NCBI GenBank assembly: GCA_003344405.1
Contig: NOWV01000002.1
Location: 434,001 to 498,000 of the forward strand
DNA length: 64,000 nt
Reading direction: 5' to 3'
Origin: Trichoplax sp. H2
Taxonomy: Eukaryota
Below, one piece after another: positions 1 to 13,100 of the stretch. The notes under the pieces are model-generated. The model worked only from the letters and a program-made list of their open reading frames with translations, was not told the origin of the DNA and ran no database searches. The translations under genes were made by a program, and so were the position numbers. Position 1 is the first letter of the stretch; each line of letters opens with the position of its first letter.

Positions 1-1928
1 ATACGTGGTGGGCACCATTTTGGTTCAAATTAGGAGATTGACTTCACTACAGCAATAAAATAGTGCGAATGGGTAGCACTCGAAAGATGCGTATACTGTA
101 ATGAGTACGATACTCGTATCTAGCGACAGATTCTATTCATAGGATTTCATACCTACGGTAGAAAGTAAATAATAATATTACTGTATACATGAACAAAATA
201 AAAGGAATCATGAATACAGTACGTAATACAGTACTATTAATAACTCCAAAAAAATGACATCATTGAGTAATGTTATCCAATAAACTCTCTCAAGTATTAC
301 CTGATGAAAATAAGAATAAAATGATTGCAAGCATTTTACTCCATTAATTTAAATCTGCACATTACTGTACTGTACAATTAATAGACGCAAATACGGCTAA
401 ATGTCAGCGTACAGTAAGAAGCATAATTTGTTGAGCTCTAAACATACGATATTATTATGTGCTGATCGATTCTGCCGGCAGTTCATTATAAAATTTTAAA
501 TGTCTGCAACAAGTCTCTTTATTGTATGTAAATGGTAACAGTTGGATAACAATGATAGAATATGAAAATATACATGGATCACTGGTAGAGAATTATTAAC
601 ATTGTCTTATTTACCTTCGGTTTGTTACTCCATAATAAAAATGCCAAATCGTAGACCACATCGATTATATTAATCAAGCCAAGACGCAATCGGACAGGTT
701 GTAATTAATATATTTTACCTTGAGTTTGTTTTGGAAATGATCGTTCAAAGTACTTGCGCCGATCCAAATCGATCACGAATGTGACACGTATGACGTATCA
801 ATATTCAAAGCTTTAGCAAGTGTGTGCAGTATTGGAGATGCAATGTAGCGTAATATAAGGTAAAGTAAAAAGTACAAGTACGGTACGTGAAGTATCACCA
901 GCGAGGGCTCCACTAGTTAATATTAGGAAAGCTATCAATGTATCTGAGGACCTTCTAGCAGGAAAGTGTGAGGACTATTGGAAGGTGAAGAGCTTTTCAT
1001 TACCATGATAATTTCATAGACATCGAAAGTAGCTATTATATTAATGCTAACGAGTAAGTTAATTATTCAATACATTTCAACTTGAACAGAATATGCTAGT
1101 ACGGGTATAATGCCCCCAAAATTCTTAAAATTTAGAATATATTTTGAACAAGAGGGACAGCATAACCATTGTTCTACTTTAATCATATGGCCAAAAGTCA
1201 ACATCCACTGATTTTATTGCGACAGATTTACATTCACAGGATACAAAATAATACGGCTGAAGATATAGGCATACGATACAGTAAAAACAGTAAATCGAAT
1301 ACTCTAGATTTTTCTGTCTCTACGTAGAGAAACGTATATATATATATATTAACAAGTAAATTAAATTATACTATTTGCATCCGTGTATTGCAGAAACCCA
1401 CATCAATTCGCAGTTATTATATACTTGTATAACTGTCTGAGACAATAGCATCGTTTTTGTTGGCATTCATAATCAATTTGAGTAAGCGACTATTCTATTT
1501 CACCGTTGGTATTGTATCCCAATGCAGTATCTACAGTACATTACATGACAGAAAAATCATGAAATTAAGCATCATTTAGTAATTCGTAATAATATCTCCA
1601 ACGTATGAGCATTGCGGAAATTTAAAATATTTCTCACATAATAAATACAAATCATACAAAGAGTTGGTGTTTCCTTGGATGCGTGTATTTGTAAAGTTAT
1701 ACTAGTAAGACCGTGAGTATTTACTAAAACATGCTGTAAGGTGGAGACCAGCGCCACACGCCTTCAATAGAAGAGTAGATCCACGCTTAACTTTTAATTG
1801 CAATACAATTGAGTGTCTTGACATTTCTATATCCAGATCCTTATCATCGTATATGCGTGTGATCATATGAACATTAAGGATGAATCATGACCTGGTAATA
1901 CCAGGCAATAAGAACTCTGTAGTTGTTG

Positions 1929-2801
1929 CTAATCTTCCATAAACACATTCTCAACCTCATCAACGCTGAATTCGCGATTTCGCTTACGCTCTTTACTGGT
2001 TACCTTGGCTTTCGCTTTCACATGATGTCTCATGGCAGCCTGCTTTCGTAAAATTTTTCGGTATTCGTTGGGAGGATTGTAATTAGGATTTACAAATAAC
2101 GTTGGACCTCCAAAGCTACCATCAAAGATGCGAATTAAATTTAGAGTAAATCTAGGGCCAATTTCCACCAAAGTGCCATCTTCTTCAACGATTTGGTAAT
2201 TACGGAACCAAATTCTTTCGTCTAATAATGAGAATGAAAAAACGTGATCGACAAAGGGCTTGGAGCGAGGGTGATTTTGTGGAGTACTAAAAACTTGAGT
2301 AAAAAGTTCCTGCAATAAAGAATAATGCGGCGACGTAGAAAAGCCTTTATCAAACGATACAATAGGTCTGGAACCTTTCAGACAATTACCAGTCATCTTC
2401 AATTCATCCATGGTGTGTACATTTTCGACAAGAAATTTAGCTGATGGTCCATGAGGTATATTACTTATCCACAGGTAAGCATCTTGCTTCTTTTTAACTT
2501 GAAAAAATAGGCACTTTGTGCAGTTTTTTAGCTCACAAATTTCATTAATGACGCGTAATTCATCACGATTTTCTAATTTATTGTCAGACTTAGAGTGTGG
2601 AATTAAACATCTGAGATCGTTCATTAGATGGCGTATCCCGTATGTGATGCCTCTAGCTGAAAAAATTAGTATTCGTTGCTTATTCGTCCATTTTTGCACG
2701 ATCTTGTTCTCATCTTGCTGCTCTGCGTGATCTTCTTTGCTTCTTTTGACCTTCTTAACAGGGTCGCCTTGTTTTAAGTTTTCTTTTCTTTTTTTACCCA
2801 T
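1929..2801 (-). CDS. BRIX1: Ribosome biogenesis protein BRX1 (Brix domain), single coding exon, 290 aa
   Basis: The ORF has BRX1 motifs WTNKQRILIFSARG, HLMNDL, GPSAKFLVENVHTMDELKMTGNCLKGSRP, IWFRNYQI and EIGPRF..IFDGSFGGPTLF. Confidence 0.96.
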   Translation of the reverse strand: MGKKRKENLKQGDPVKKVKRSKEDHAEQQDENKIVQKWTNKQRILIFSARGITYGIRHLMNDLRCLIPHSKSDNKLENRDELRVINEICELKNCTKCLFFQVKKKQDAYLWISNIPHGPSAKFLVENVHTMDELKMTGNCLKGSRPIVSFDKGFSTSPHYSLLQELFTQVFSTPQNHPRSKPFVDHVFSFSLLDERIWFRNYQIVEEDGTLVEIGPRFTLNLIRIFDGSFGGPTLFVNPNYNPPNEYRKILRKQAAMRHHVKAKAKVTSKERKRNREFSVDEVENVFMED

Positions 2802-3283
2802 TTAAATGCGCTAATAAGGTTTATGATGGTTTATAGTACAAGTAAAAGATAATATACCTAGAAAACGATATTAATAATTGTAATTGTTCAAACTGATAGG
2901 GCATGTCCAACGCTGCTGTCAGCTCCAGGTCGTTAGCTTTTGCAAGCAATGCAGAAATGTCCAGTACTGTACGCACGTGTGCCGATTATACTGTACTACA
3001 GTGCATACTTCAACATGGTACTGGCTACTGGTAATGCGCTGTACAGTACAGTACTGTACTGTACATGGACTAATACTAGAGGTACTGTACAGTACTGTAC
3101 TGTACAATACTTCCATTTCTTGTGGTCCATGACTATTCAGTCTACTGACACAAATTCTTCTCTCCACTATAAATATTGTGCTGCAGCTCCTCAATCGGAT
3201 TGTAGTCTAGTAGTGGAATTGCTGTGATTTAACGCAGTTTATTCCTAATATTAATCAATTTATCCGTTCACAAACACAAGCAA
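2802..3283. promoter_or_regulatory. Putative bidirectional promoter, BRIX1/GTF2H5
   Basis: 482 bp lie between the divergent start codons and contain an ACAGT/ACTGT array (~2964-3110). Promoter function is inferred from geometry only. Confidence 0.55.
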
Positions 3284-4317
3284 ATGGTAAACGTCTTGAA
3301 GGGAGTGTTGGTTGAATGGTAAGTCTTTATTATAATATCGATTCCACGTAAAATAGGCACAACAAAGAATTTTAGCTATACAGTAGTTAACGACAAAAAT
3401 ACAGTTTATGCTAGCAACTTTTAAAGATATATATGTTACTGTAATGTAGTGGAGTTCTCTCCATCGTAAATTGATATACTAGTTTATACCTTATGTATGA
3501 CTTTGTTACGGATTCTATAACATGTAGTCTTAAGTTATTACGAAACATAACTACAAAATCGAACAATTATACGCGTATAATGAATGATTACGAGTGGGGA
3601 CTACAGTACAGTAGTTCGTGGTGTTGCTCGTTTGAGTTGAAACTTGAAGGATGAAGAACTACTGTACCTGCACTAATTACTCACTGCACAATGGACTGAT
3701 ACTTTAGAATTGACCATTTCAAATTCACAATTAATGATCCAACATGCGATTCAGTATGGATTAGAAAGTATTCAGTTAGTAGCGAATATTATACTGCACA
3801 ATAGGCCCAGCCATAATAAGTCCGATTACTCAGATACTGTACAATAGATAAATGACTATCTACAGTTGTGTTGTATCGTTGAATTATATGATGGTGGACC
3901 TTATTTATAAAATACAATATTTATAAATACTAGTGCACACCCTGCTTGTTACATTAATAAGGATCAAATGAATTGAGCAACATTGACAAGTTTGATGGAA
4001 ATAAGATGTTGTGGATGATCGATGATAAAGCCTACGAGACCTTCTGTAGGAAAGAAGATACCTTTTAAAATGGATTCTACTGTACGTATACTTGTTTATT
4101 TTTAAGATTTCTTTCCGCCTCTAGTGATCCAACGGTGAAACAGTACTTACTGCACCTGGACGAAACCAATGCCCTTGGTCAAAAATTCGTTATTGAAGAT
4201 TTAGATGATCAACATGTATTTGTCACAGCGGAGATCAAAGATACGTTAATGAAGAAGATTGATGCTATGATGGAGCAGTTATCTTACTCCTCGAGCGATA
4301 AGCAAGAAACCAAGTAG
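3284..4317 (+). CDS. GTF2H5: TFIIH subunit p8/TTDA (Tfb5), 2 exons (3284-3318, 4125-4317), 75 aa
   Basis: A GT-AG intron (3319-4124) joins MVNVLKGVLVE-C-DPTVKQYLLHLDETNALGQKFVIEDLDDQHVFV, matching the Tfb5 family. Confidence 0.94.
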
Positions 4318-7124
4318 AATAAACACTCGGATAAAAAAATAATCTATCGCAAATGCTATTACTGTACAGTACTGTACATATATGTACCGCCCAGCATATT
4401 TTTGCTGCATAACTTGTATACGTTGTAAAGTTGAATAAATTATTGTCATTTTGGAGGACCTCTGATGATTAGTTAATGAATACGGCCGTTGACAATGATG
4501 TGATTGATGATTTACCATATAGCGCCGCATGAACACAAGCAAGCTGGGAACTAATGAAACAGATTTAAACGGTAACTAGCTTCTATGATAGCTTCGCGGG
4601 CGTTTACATTGCTATCTTAGTTTCTGATTAGTAAGTGATGGATCCATCTATCTTCTTAAGCAGTATAGGATTACCATAACATTGGTACATTAGTTGCCAG
4701 CACCGAATTGGTTTGAAAGATCAGCAAAATAATACTGCGTCTAAGAAGTTATTTGCCACCCTTTGAGAAAGACAAGTTTTGATAATTAATAATATTTTAT
4801 TATCTATTCCTAATCCACGCCAATACTATTAGTAAGTAGTTGTAGTCTCGTAAGTTATACATCACAGTAGTCACACTATGAGAAAGTGAAGTTTTGATAT
4901 TTAATAAAATTTTATTATCCATCCACTATCTACGCCAACACCATGAAGAGTTGTTTTCACATCATCGAGCTATCAAAATAAAAAATAGATAAAAATATGA
5001 TACCAAAATTGATGATGTTTTGGAGATGTCATGTAATTATAGACTATTGATATTAGTTTACGACCCTTCTTCCAATCACTTCCCCAATTTTTTAAATAAT
5101 ATATAACCATTTTTGCACAACATTCATTATCTGTCATGAAGCTGTAAATATGATGTTTTTCCGACGTGAAGATTAATTACCAATAAATCGATGGGTTTAT
5201 TTGTTTCAGATATCAAAATCTAGTTTTGATTTCTACCGATTACATTTTGTAGATTTACTGGCAAGGATAATATACAGTAAAAGAAAGTAAGAAATTATGT
5301 CCATCTAGATTTCTTACTGATTTCGAAATAATAAATTTCTTTTTAAAATCTTTACCGTAAATGCTTATTTGGATTATATTTTACGCGGGGTGATGCTCTG
5401 GGGATAACAATATATTGTATCACCGTAAAGAAATTGTTGGTATTACAATCAGCTAAGTTGGTTGTTAAGAAAATTTGTTAATGTATTCGAGAATCTTGTC
5501 GGCGGTTATTCTAGCAATACCAACTAATAGTAATCAGCAAATGAACAGGCGTGATTGAACGGCTACGAACTAAAAAATGGAAAAAGATCAATAAGCCTCT
5601 AGCTATTCAAAATATCAAACTTATTATCTTTGCGGCTGATATAAATAACATTGAAGACGTCATAATTTTACCCAAGAAATATTTACCGTAAGCTCTTTTG
5701 TCATTACTGCAAATTTTGTATCGCAGCGAATCAGCAGAAAACGTTACAGGTACGAAACTCCATTTTTATTATAATTGGTGATTAACAACGATAACAGCGT
5801 AACATATGTAAGTCCTAAAAGTATGATTTAGCTGTTGAGCTCAAATACCATCAAGTGTCCTATTGTACCAATATCCTCGTTCATTTGTACCCATACTGTA
5901 CTGTTATCCCGGCGTATAGGAGTAATTTATAATTTACCTATTCTAACTTTAAAAAGAACGTGCTCATTCTTAGCATTGTTGTTAAAGGTAAAATCTCCAA
6001 GTTTGACTGCACTATATATATATATGGGATATTATGCAAGTATGACTATACTGTACAAAACACTACAGGATAATTTACGTTTTGCTACTTAACTCTCATG
6101 CCGTAGAGATAACTAAATTCGTATTATTTACTTCAGCCGATTCTATCGATGCTTCAAATCAAATTGATGCTATCAGTCATTTTATTATTTCGTCTCTAAG
6201 TACGTTTCAATATTTTCGGGTGCTGTAGGTTCAGAATTTGTCTGGTGTTATGATGATTGTAAATTATGAAATCTCCAATTTTGATGTACAGTACTATAGA
6301 GTATTCGTATTCTTATTCGGGTGGGTCTGGAAGGTACTGTTTATAGAGAGCAAGATTTTTTTCTGTTGCCTCCATGGGCATTGTTGACTCAAGTATTGTT
6401 CAAAGGTTTTCCACAAATTAATCAATTTATACTATTTGTACGTGCATTTCTAATCTTTGAGTGATTGCCCAAATCTGGAATTAATAGAAAGTGTTCATTT
6501 TTATCAAAATCTTCAATGGTAGGAATTATTTGGTTGAAATCCTAATTTTTATTCTCATACTGCAGTATCGTATTTCATCTCATTTCTGGTCGTACAGTAT
6601 ACTGCACTATACAGTACTGTGTAGAGGTCAATCGTGGGATTGACCTCAACATTTACTCAACATACTGTATTGTATACATACTGTACAGTACATACAGTAT
6701 ACTGTACTGTATACCTATGGATGCGTATGGACAGTACGGTACAGTCATTCGTTAATTAATTATAATTGACTGCGATTACCTTGTGATACAGTAATTGAGA
6801 TCTTGTGAAGGCAGATTATAGTACTGTCATGGTAGAATGATCAACAAAGTTAATTTACTGTTTAACCTATAGTTGAAGCTATTAACTTTCCATACAGTAA
6901 ATCTGTGTAATGGCGGTATTGTCAACAGTGTAGTTTTGACCGTAAATATGGTATTGCAGGGTAGAGTCCGAAGCTAGACTTCGCTAGTAATGGTGATGAG
7001 TAGAATTCTTGTACTGCATCATGGATTCCATAACTATACCAGATATTCGATTCACTACTTCACCAAAAATTGGATTGAAATGGCAAGGTGAAGTATGGAC
7101 TAAATAATTTATAAGATTCAATTA

Positions 7125-8627
7125 ATAGGGATAAAGAAAAGGAGGAAAATGATTTCCTCTTTACCTACACGAATCAGGTGTGAAACATCAGATGTGACCC
7201 GTCCGTCACGCCACGGACCAGTCAAATTTGTAGCACATCAGCCTACAATATCAGACTACAACATCAGACCATGCAGATAATCTACAGTACAGTACAGTAT
7301 AGTGAGTACAGTACAGTACAGTACAGTACTGTACTGTACAGTATATGCAGAGTACTGTAGACAGTAGTACTGTACTGAGTCAGTACGACCGTACTGTACT
7401 GTACTGTACAGTGTACAGTACACACACTCACTCACTGTACTGTACAGTACAGTGTACAGTACTGTACAGTACAGTATCTGTTTCACTGGAGTATTTTTAG
7501 AAACGTTTAATTAATAAAAGATCGTTTGCTCTCTCTTTTTTTGCGGCTGCTGGTAAAAAGAAATTGGGTTGTTTTTTTTGGGGGGGGGGTGCTTTTGTTT
7601 CCGAAAATACACCATGGCTATAGGAAGTTCAGTGACTTTATGGGCCAGGTTAGGGCCTTAGGCAGTTTGTACATTTGTTTTCTTTTTCACTCTATTCTCT
7701 GATTGTGGTTGTGTACAGTACCTCATTATCAGGTCGTTAGTGAATGACACGTGATAAAGTGATACGTAATNNNNNNNNNNNNNNNNNNNNATAGGGATAA
7801 AGAAAAGGAGGAAAATGATTTCCTCTTTACCTACACGAATCAGGTGTGAAACATCAGATGTGACCCGTCCGTCACGCCACGGACCAGTCAAATTTGTAGC
7901 ACATCAGCCTACATCAGACTACAACATCAGACCATGCAGATAATCTACAGTACAGTGAGTACAGTACAGTACAGTACTGTACTGTATGTGCAGAGTACTG
8001 TAGACAGTGCAGTAGTACTGTACTGTACTGAGTCAGTACGACCGTACTGTACTGTATAGTGTACAGTACTGTATGTCGTAAATGTGATCCGTTTTCTTCG
8101 GTGTGTTTGAATAGTAAAAACTTGTTAGTAAAACGCTCTAAAAAGCTAATCGTTATGACTCTTCCTATACTGTACACATAAGTCTGTTATTGTAGAAAGT
8201 TACCCACTACTTAAGTCGAGAGCTATCCGTACATATTAAAACCATGATTTTGCGATCAATTTTGTATCAATGCAAAAATGATAATATGGAATGTACAGTA
8301 CATTGTACTGTAGACTCCGTGTACTGTACAGTACAGTATCTGTTTCACTGGAGTATTTTTAGAAACGTTTAATAAAAGATCGCTTGCTCTCTCTTTTTTT
8401 GCGGCTGCTGGTAAAAAGAAATTGGGTTGTTTTTTTTGGGGGGGGGTGCTTTTGTTTCCGAAAATACACCATGGCTATAGGAAGTTCAGTGACTTTATGG
8501 GCCAGGTTAGGGCCTTAGGCAGTTTGTACATTTGTTTTCTTTTTCACTCTATTCTCTGATTGTGGTTGTGTACAGTACCTCATTATCAGGTCGTTAGTGA
8601 ATGACACGTGATAAAGTGATACGTAAT
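7125..8627. repeat. Duplicated segment on both sides of a 20-N gap (probable uncollapsed haplotypes)
   Basis: 7125-7770 and 7791-8627 start (atagggataaagaaaagg) and end (gataaagtgatacgtaat) identically. The gap is 7771-7790. Confidence 0.85.
7284..7477. repeat. Mixed ACAGT/ACTGT pentamer microsatellite
   Basis: Runs such as acagtacagtacagt...actgtactgtacagt. Similar arrays occur at ~2964-3110, ~6590-6740, ~7946-8073 and ~63111-63166. Confidence 0.85.
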
Positions 8628-10134
8628 GCAGTACGGCACAGTCAGTAGAGTACGTACTGTACTGTCGTGTGAGATGTTGATGACAACACCCATACAGTAC
8701 ACTTCATTCCGCTCATTGTGGTAGACAGAGAGAGTGAACGCACCCCAATATTCATTGTATCCCATTGGTTAATAATCATCGACGTCATGGCATTGCTGAC
8801 ACCACAGTAGTATCGCACAGGAGGACGACAGTAGCTACATACAGTACGACAGTCATTGTCGCTGATGTGAGTATTGGACTTTGTACAGCGAGTGTGAAAC
8901 AAGCGGCAAGCTATTACTACCCAATACCGACGGTAATTCCTAGCGAAAACACTCATTCGTGTTTGTCGACGTTGATAGGCGACAACACCTTTCGTTGCCT
9001 AACGTTGAAGAAGAAATCAACTGTTGAACGTTCAATTAGTTAATACCCAAAGTGAATCTTTGCCCTTTTCAGTCGATGTGGTTGTACTCTACTGTTGTAC
9101 ATACTGCAAATAAGATTGGTCAAGCGAGAGAGTAGACTGTCAACAGCATAAAACCAAGGCGATTACAGTACAAGACTCGTCTAATAAGTAGAATTACAAT
9201 CATTATAACTGGACACACATCTCTAAATGTGTCCTTGTTCAGGAAAGAGTCCATTGAAGAAAATACACCACAATTTGTAAACAACATTATTGGTGAGTCA
9301 TTGCTTGTTCTCTTCTTAACAAATTATCATGATATCATGCATGGCGATTCTGTGTATTAGTGTATATAGTTGTTTTGTATTACAACACTCTTCACTTTGT
9401 CAATCAATAGCCATGTAGAATATTTCATCTTCGGCCAACTTGATAGTCATGATAAGATGGACGACACGGGTTGACGTAAATCAACCAATTTCAATTGATT
9501 GACAACGACAGTACTATGGGACAGCATGTAGAGCATACAGCATAGCTGGAGTCATATGTACATTAACTATCTAGACTCAATTAACTTTATACAGTACGTA
9601 TGTCTACCACTTTATTTATTTATTCTGATTCATAGCAGCTGATGTGCAACGTCATGAATCTCCAGACCCTACTGTACATCAGTAAATCAATATAAATCAA
9701 CCTAACGCGTATAACGACATTATACCTTGAACAAGTAGACGCTACTAGAACAACATTAAATCCATTGAAATACAATCGACACTCATTTCAAGCGTGCATG
9801 CATGCTTATATTCATAGTCAACTTCAGTTGAACTTTTCCAACATTGAGCACGTGGTATGTCATGGACGACAAATGATTGCATTAATAAGCCTATCCGATC
9901 ATCTTTGATAGCATTAGTTAGCTGCAGGGTGTAAAACTAAAACCATTCTTTTCGTCCATCTCCTGCTGGATCCACTTGATACTCCAGTGCTGGATTTTGA
10001 CTTAGTACGATCAATCGAGCAAGTGTAACAATGCGTAGACCTGTGCAATGTCAATTTCAACGACACCAAATTGGCTGATCAACTTATTTCTATAATTTTT
10101 TTTGGTGATAGATCTTCCTTACTAACAGTCAAAA

Positions 10135-13100
10135 ATGTCTTCATTATGGCAAAACTCAGCCGCGGTTGCGGGTATTGGTGTAGCGGCGGTAGTTTCCGCA
10201 GTTTATCTCTCCAAACGTAGCGCCGCTCCAGAAATACCAGCCATTGATATCAATCATCAATCAGTGGAACTAGAGGTAAGTCATTTGTGCTGTACTGCAC
10301 TGTACTCATTTCGTGTTCTGTATGAATCGAGTGGCTAGCTTAAGCTTACACAACTCCTTCTCATCGATGCTTTTACTGTCAAGTTCAATAAAATGACAGT
10401 TAATTAATGAAAGACAATGATCAATGCTCTTATGAACTACTAAATTGGGCAGTTGAATCATACTATACTGGATGGACGATGATAATAATAATCTTATACA
10501 GCATTCTGTATAGGTACTATTTACTTTTGTTTCCCAAGCTACATTTTTATTTCTAGTCTGATGATTTAGCAAGCAATGCATGCTGTACGATGATGCTGGA
10601 CCTCTGTTTACTGTTAAATTGTTCCATGTGTAAACTACGGTATCTCTCTCTCTCTCTCTATAAGTATACACTGCACTCAGTGCTTAATTGCCTACTACGC
10701 AGTGACTCACTGTCATCAGTGGTTAGTAACTTGACCAAATCTTAAAATGAACTATAGGCGAATGTTTGAATTCCTTTTCTTCTACAGTATTTATTAACTC
10801 GAGCAAAGTTGTCTACGTGCTTTCCGCGTCGTCGCGTAATATGTCAGCATTCTTACCGGGAGGAGGCCTGCCACGATGCACAGTTCTGGATAAGGGTGTT
10901 ATTTATGTCTTCCTATATCTGTTAATACTATTTAATATATACAATAACACTCACAAATTACACCATCATCCTCAAGGTGATTCTACGTCGGTAATATTGG
11001 CATGAGCCAGAGTTAGAAATTATAGTGCGGGACTTGCCAATTTCTGTAAGCTAGTTAAGTATAAGTGGAGGATGATGATACTAAAAATGAGACTCTTTTA
11101 AGGTGAAATTTGAACAGCTTTTACCAAGGAAATGAAAAGCTATGAACAATTTTTCCATACATATTCACATCACTGTAACAAAAAAAATAATAATGTAATC
11201 TATATTGACTGCAACTCTAACCACAGACTACTAGATATTAAGGTATGACATCAGAGAGGCTAAAGATGCCTGCGGGCCGCACTCAAGTTCAAAGCTCTGC
11301 TAGATATGTGCATTTATTAATCTATGCCCTAGTTAGTTAGATAGCTATTAAAAGATGTAATGTGATATAATTTGATATTGATGGTACAGTATATTGTCCT
11401 TTAATTAGCATTAGCTGATTATATTAATTATTATGATCATTATCACAGAAATGATTTAAAAATAAATAATAAAGTCATAAGATTAGACTTCTTTTTATCA
11501 CGATTAATACTGTAGTGTTGTTGCATCTTACTATGGTTAAAAATTATACTTATAAATTTTACTATTTGAGTCTCCTGTTAATTCACAGTTGTGGCTTTTT
11601 TATTCCTAATACGCCTATATAAATGTGTATATCTATAGGATGGTTCGCGTGTACATGCCGGATTAGAGGACCCTAACCAACTATTAGAGTACTTATATGA
11701 AGATTCTAAAACAGTTTTAGAGTGTCTTCACCGTGGAGCTCGTGTATCAAGTAAGATACTTACTAATTGCTACTCATCCTGATCAATGCTATGAAAATAC
11801 AAACTCTTCGATTGAAGCGTTCGATTTCATAAGTATGTACTTATGGCGATTTCACATCGTTAAATGTTCCTATTCATTGCTAGACAACGGACCTTGCCTC
11901 GGTTATAGAGATGGGGATGGACCTTATCAATGGATCCACTACAACGAGGTAAAGACTGTAAAAAGTTCATTTCGAGCTATGTGTATTGAAATTCGACTTT
12001 GGACATAATCCTATCTTAAAAATATACCCTTTTATCAATATAACGATAATATGTGTAGATATACCCATTTAGACTGCACCTAAAGGTGTACGCAGCCACA
12101 TATTATATTCTTAACATTGATTTATAATTTATGTAACATAGGTTATAGAAAAAGCAGAGGCAATCGGATCTGGTCTTGTATCTCTCGGTTGCAGTCCTGG
12201 AGAAGATACATTCGTTGCTATCTACTCACAGAATCGTCCTGAGGTTTGATTTGATGATTTAAATCATTTCATCTGACTTAATTGCCATTTAATGCTAAAC
12301 AAATTTATTTTGTGATATAATATCCGAAAAATATTGTGTATTTCTTACACTAGTGGATTATGTGCGAGCACGCGTGTTACTCTTATTCAATGGTGGTTGT
12401 TGCTTTATATGATACGCTTGGAAAAGATTCTTGTCGATATATCCTAGACCAAAGTGGGTTGATTGTTACAATTGAATATCATCTGTATGATGAAACAATA
12501 GTACAATAGTAATACTTAACTAGCACCGCAAGGTAATTATTTTATGTCCACAATCAATTTTAATTTCAGCTAAATGCACCACTGCTATTTGCGATAATAG
12601 CGAAAAAGTTGACAGTTTACTACTGCAGTGTGACGAGCTACCGAATTTGCGTAATATTATCAAGATAAATGATGTAACACCGGAAGAAAAAGCGCGGGCT
12701 AATAAAATAAATGTCAACCTTCTTCAACTATCTGAGTTAGAAGTATGCCCTCAGATTTCCTTTTAAACTTTGCTAGCGTTGTCTGCTTGTTTTAAAACTG
12801 TTTTATATTCTTTATTTTAATATTAAAAGGCTTTGGGTAGAAAAGACAAACATAAATTGCAGGTATTTGTTGGATAACTAATCTGTAATAATTTAATAAC
12901 ATCAATACTTTCAATACTTATGTGTAATAGTTGTAATTTATTAAAACGGTACTCCATTTGTTAGCCTGCAACTCCAAACAGTCTCGCAACACTTTGTTAT
13001 ACCAGCGGGACTACAGGTGAGTTACGTACTAGTTTACAGCATCAGAAGTTATCACATACGACAACTAACATGGGCATAAACTTGAATATTTATTTCTTTC

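Noticed and set aside
1..815. Minus-strand splice-like sites and an ATG at 16-18 (MVPTTY...) running off the window
   Set aside because: This could be the 5' end of a neighbouring gene, but no recognisable protein can be assembled.
2884..3227. Overlapping short ORFs rich in YCTV/STVL (also 7256-7486 and 7914-8177)
   Set aside because: They are translations of the ACAGT/ACTGT microsatellite.
10766..11005. Possible alternative first coding exon of ACSL (MSAFLPGGG...)
   Set aside because: The donors I found are phase 1 and do not join exon 2 in frame.
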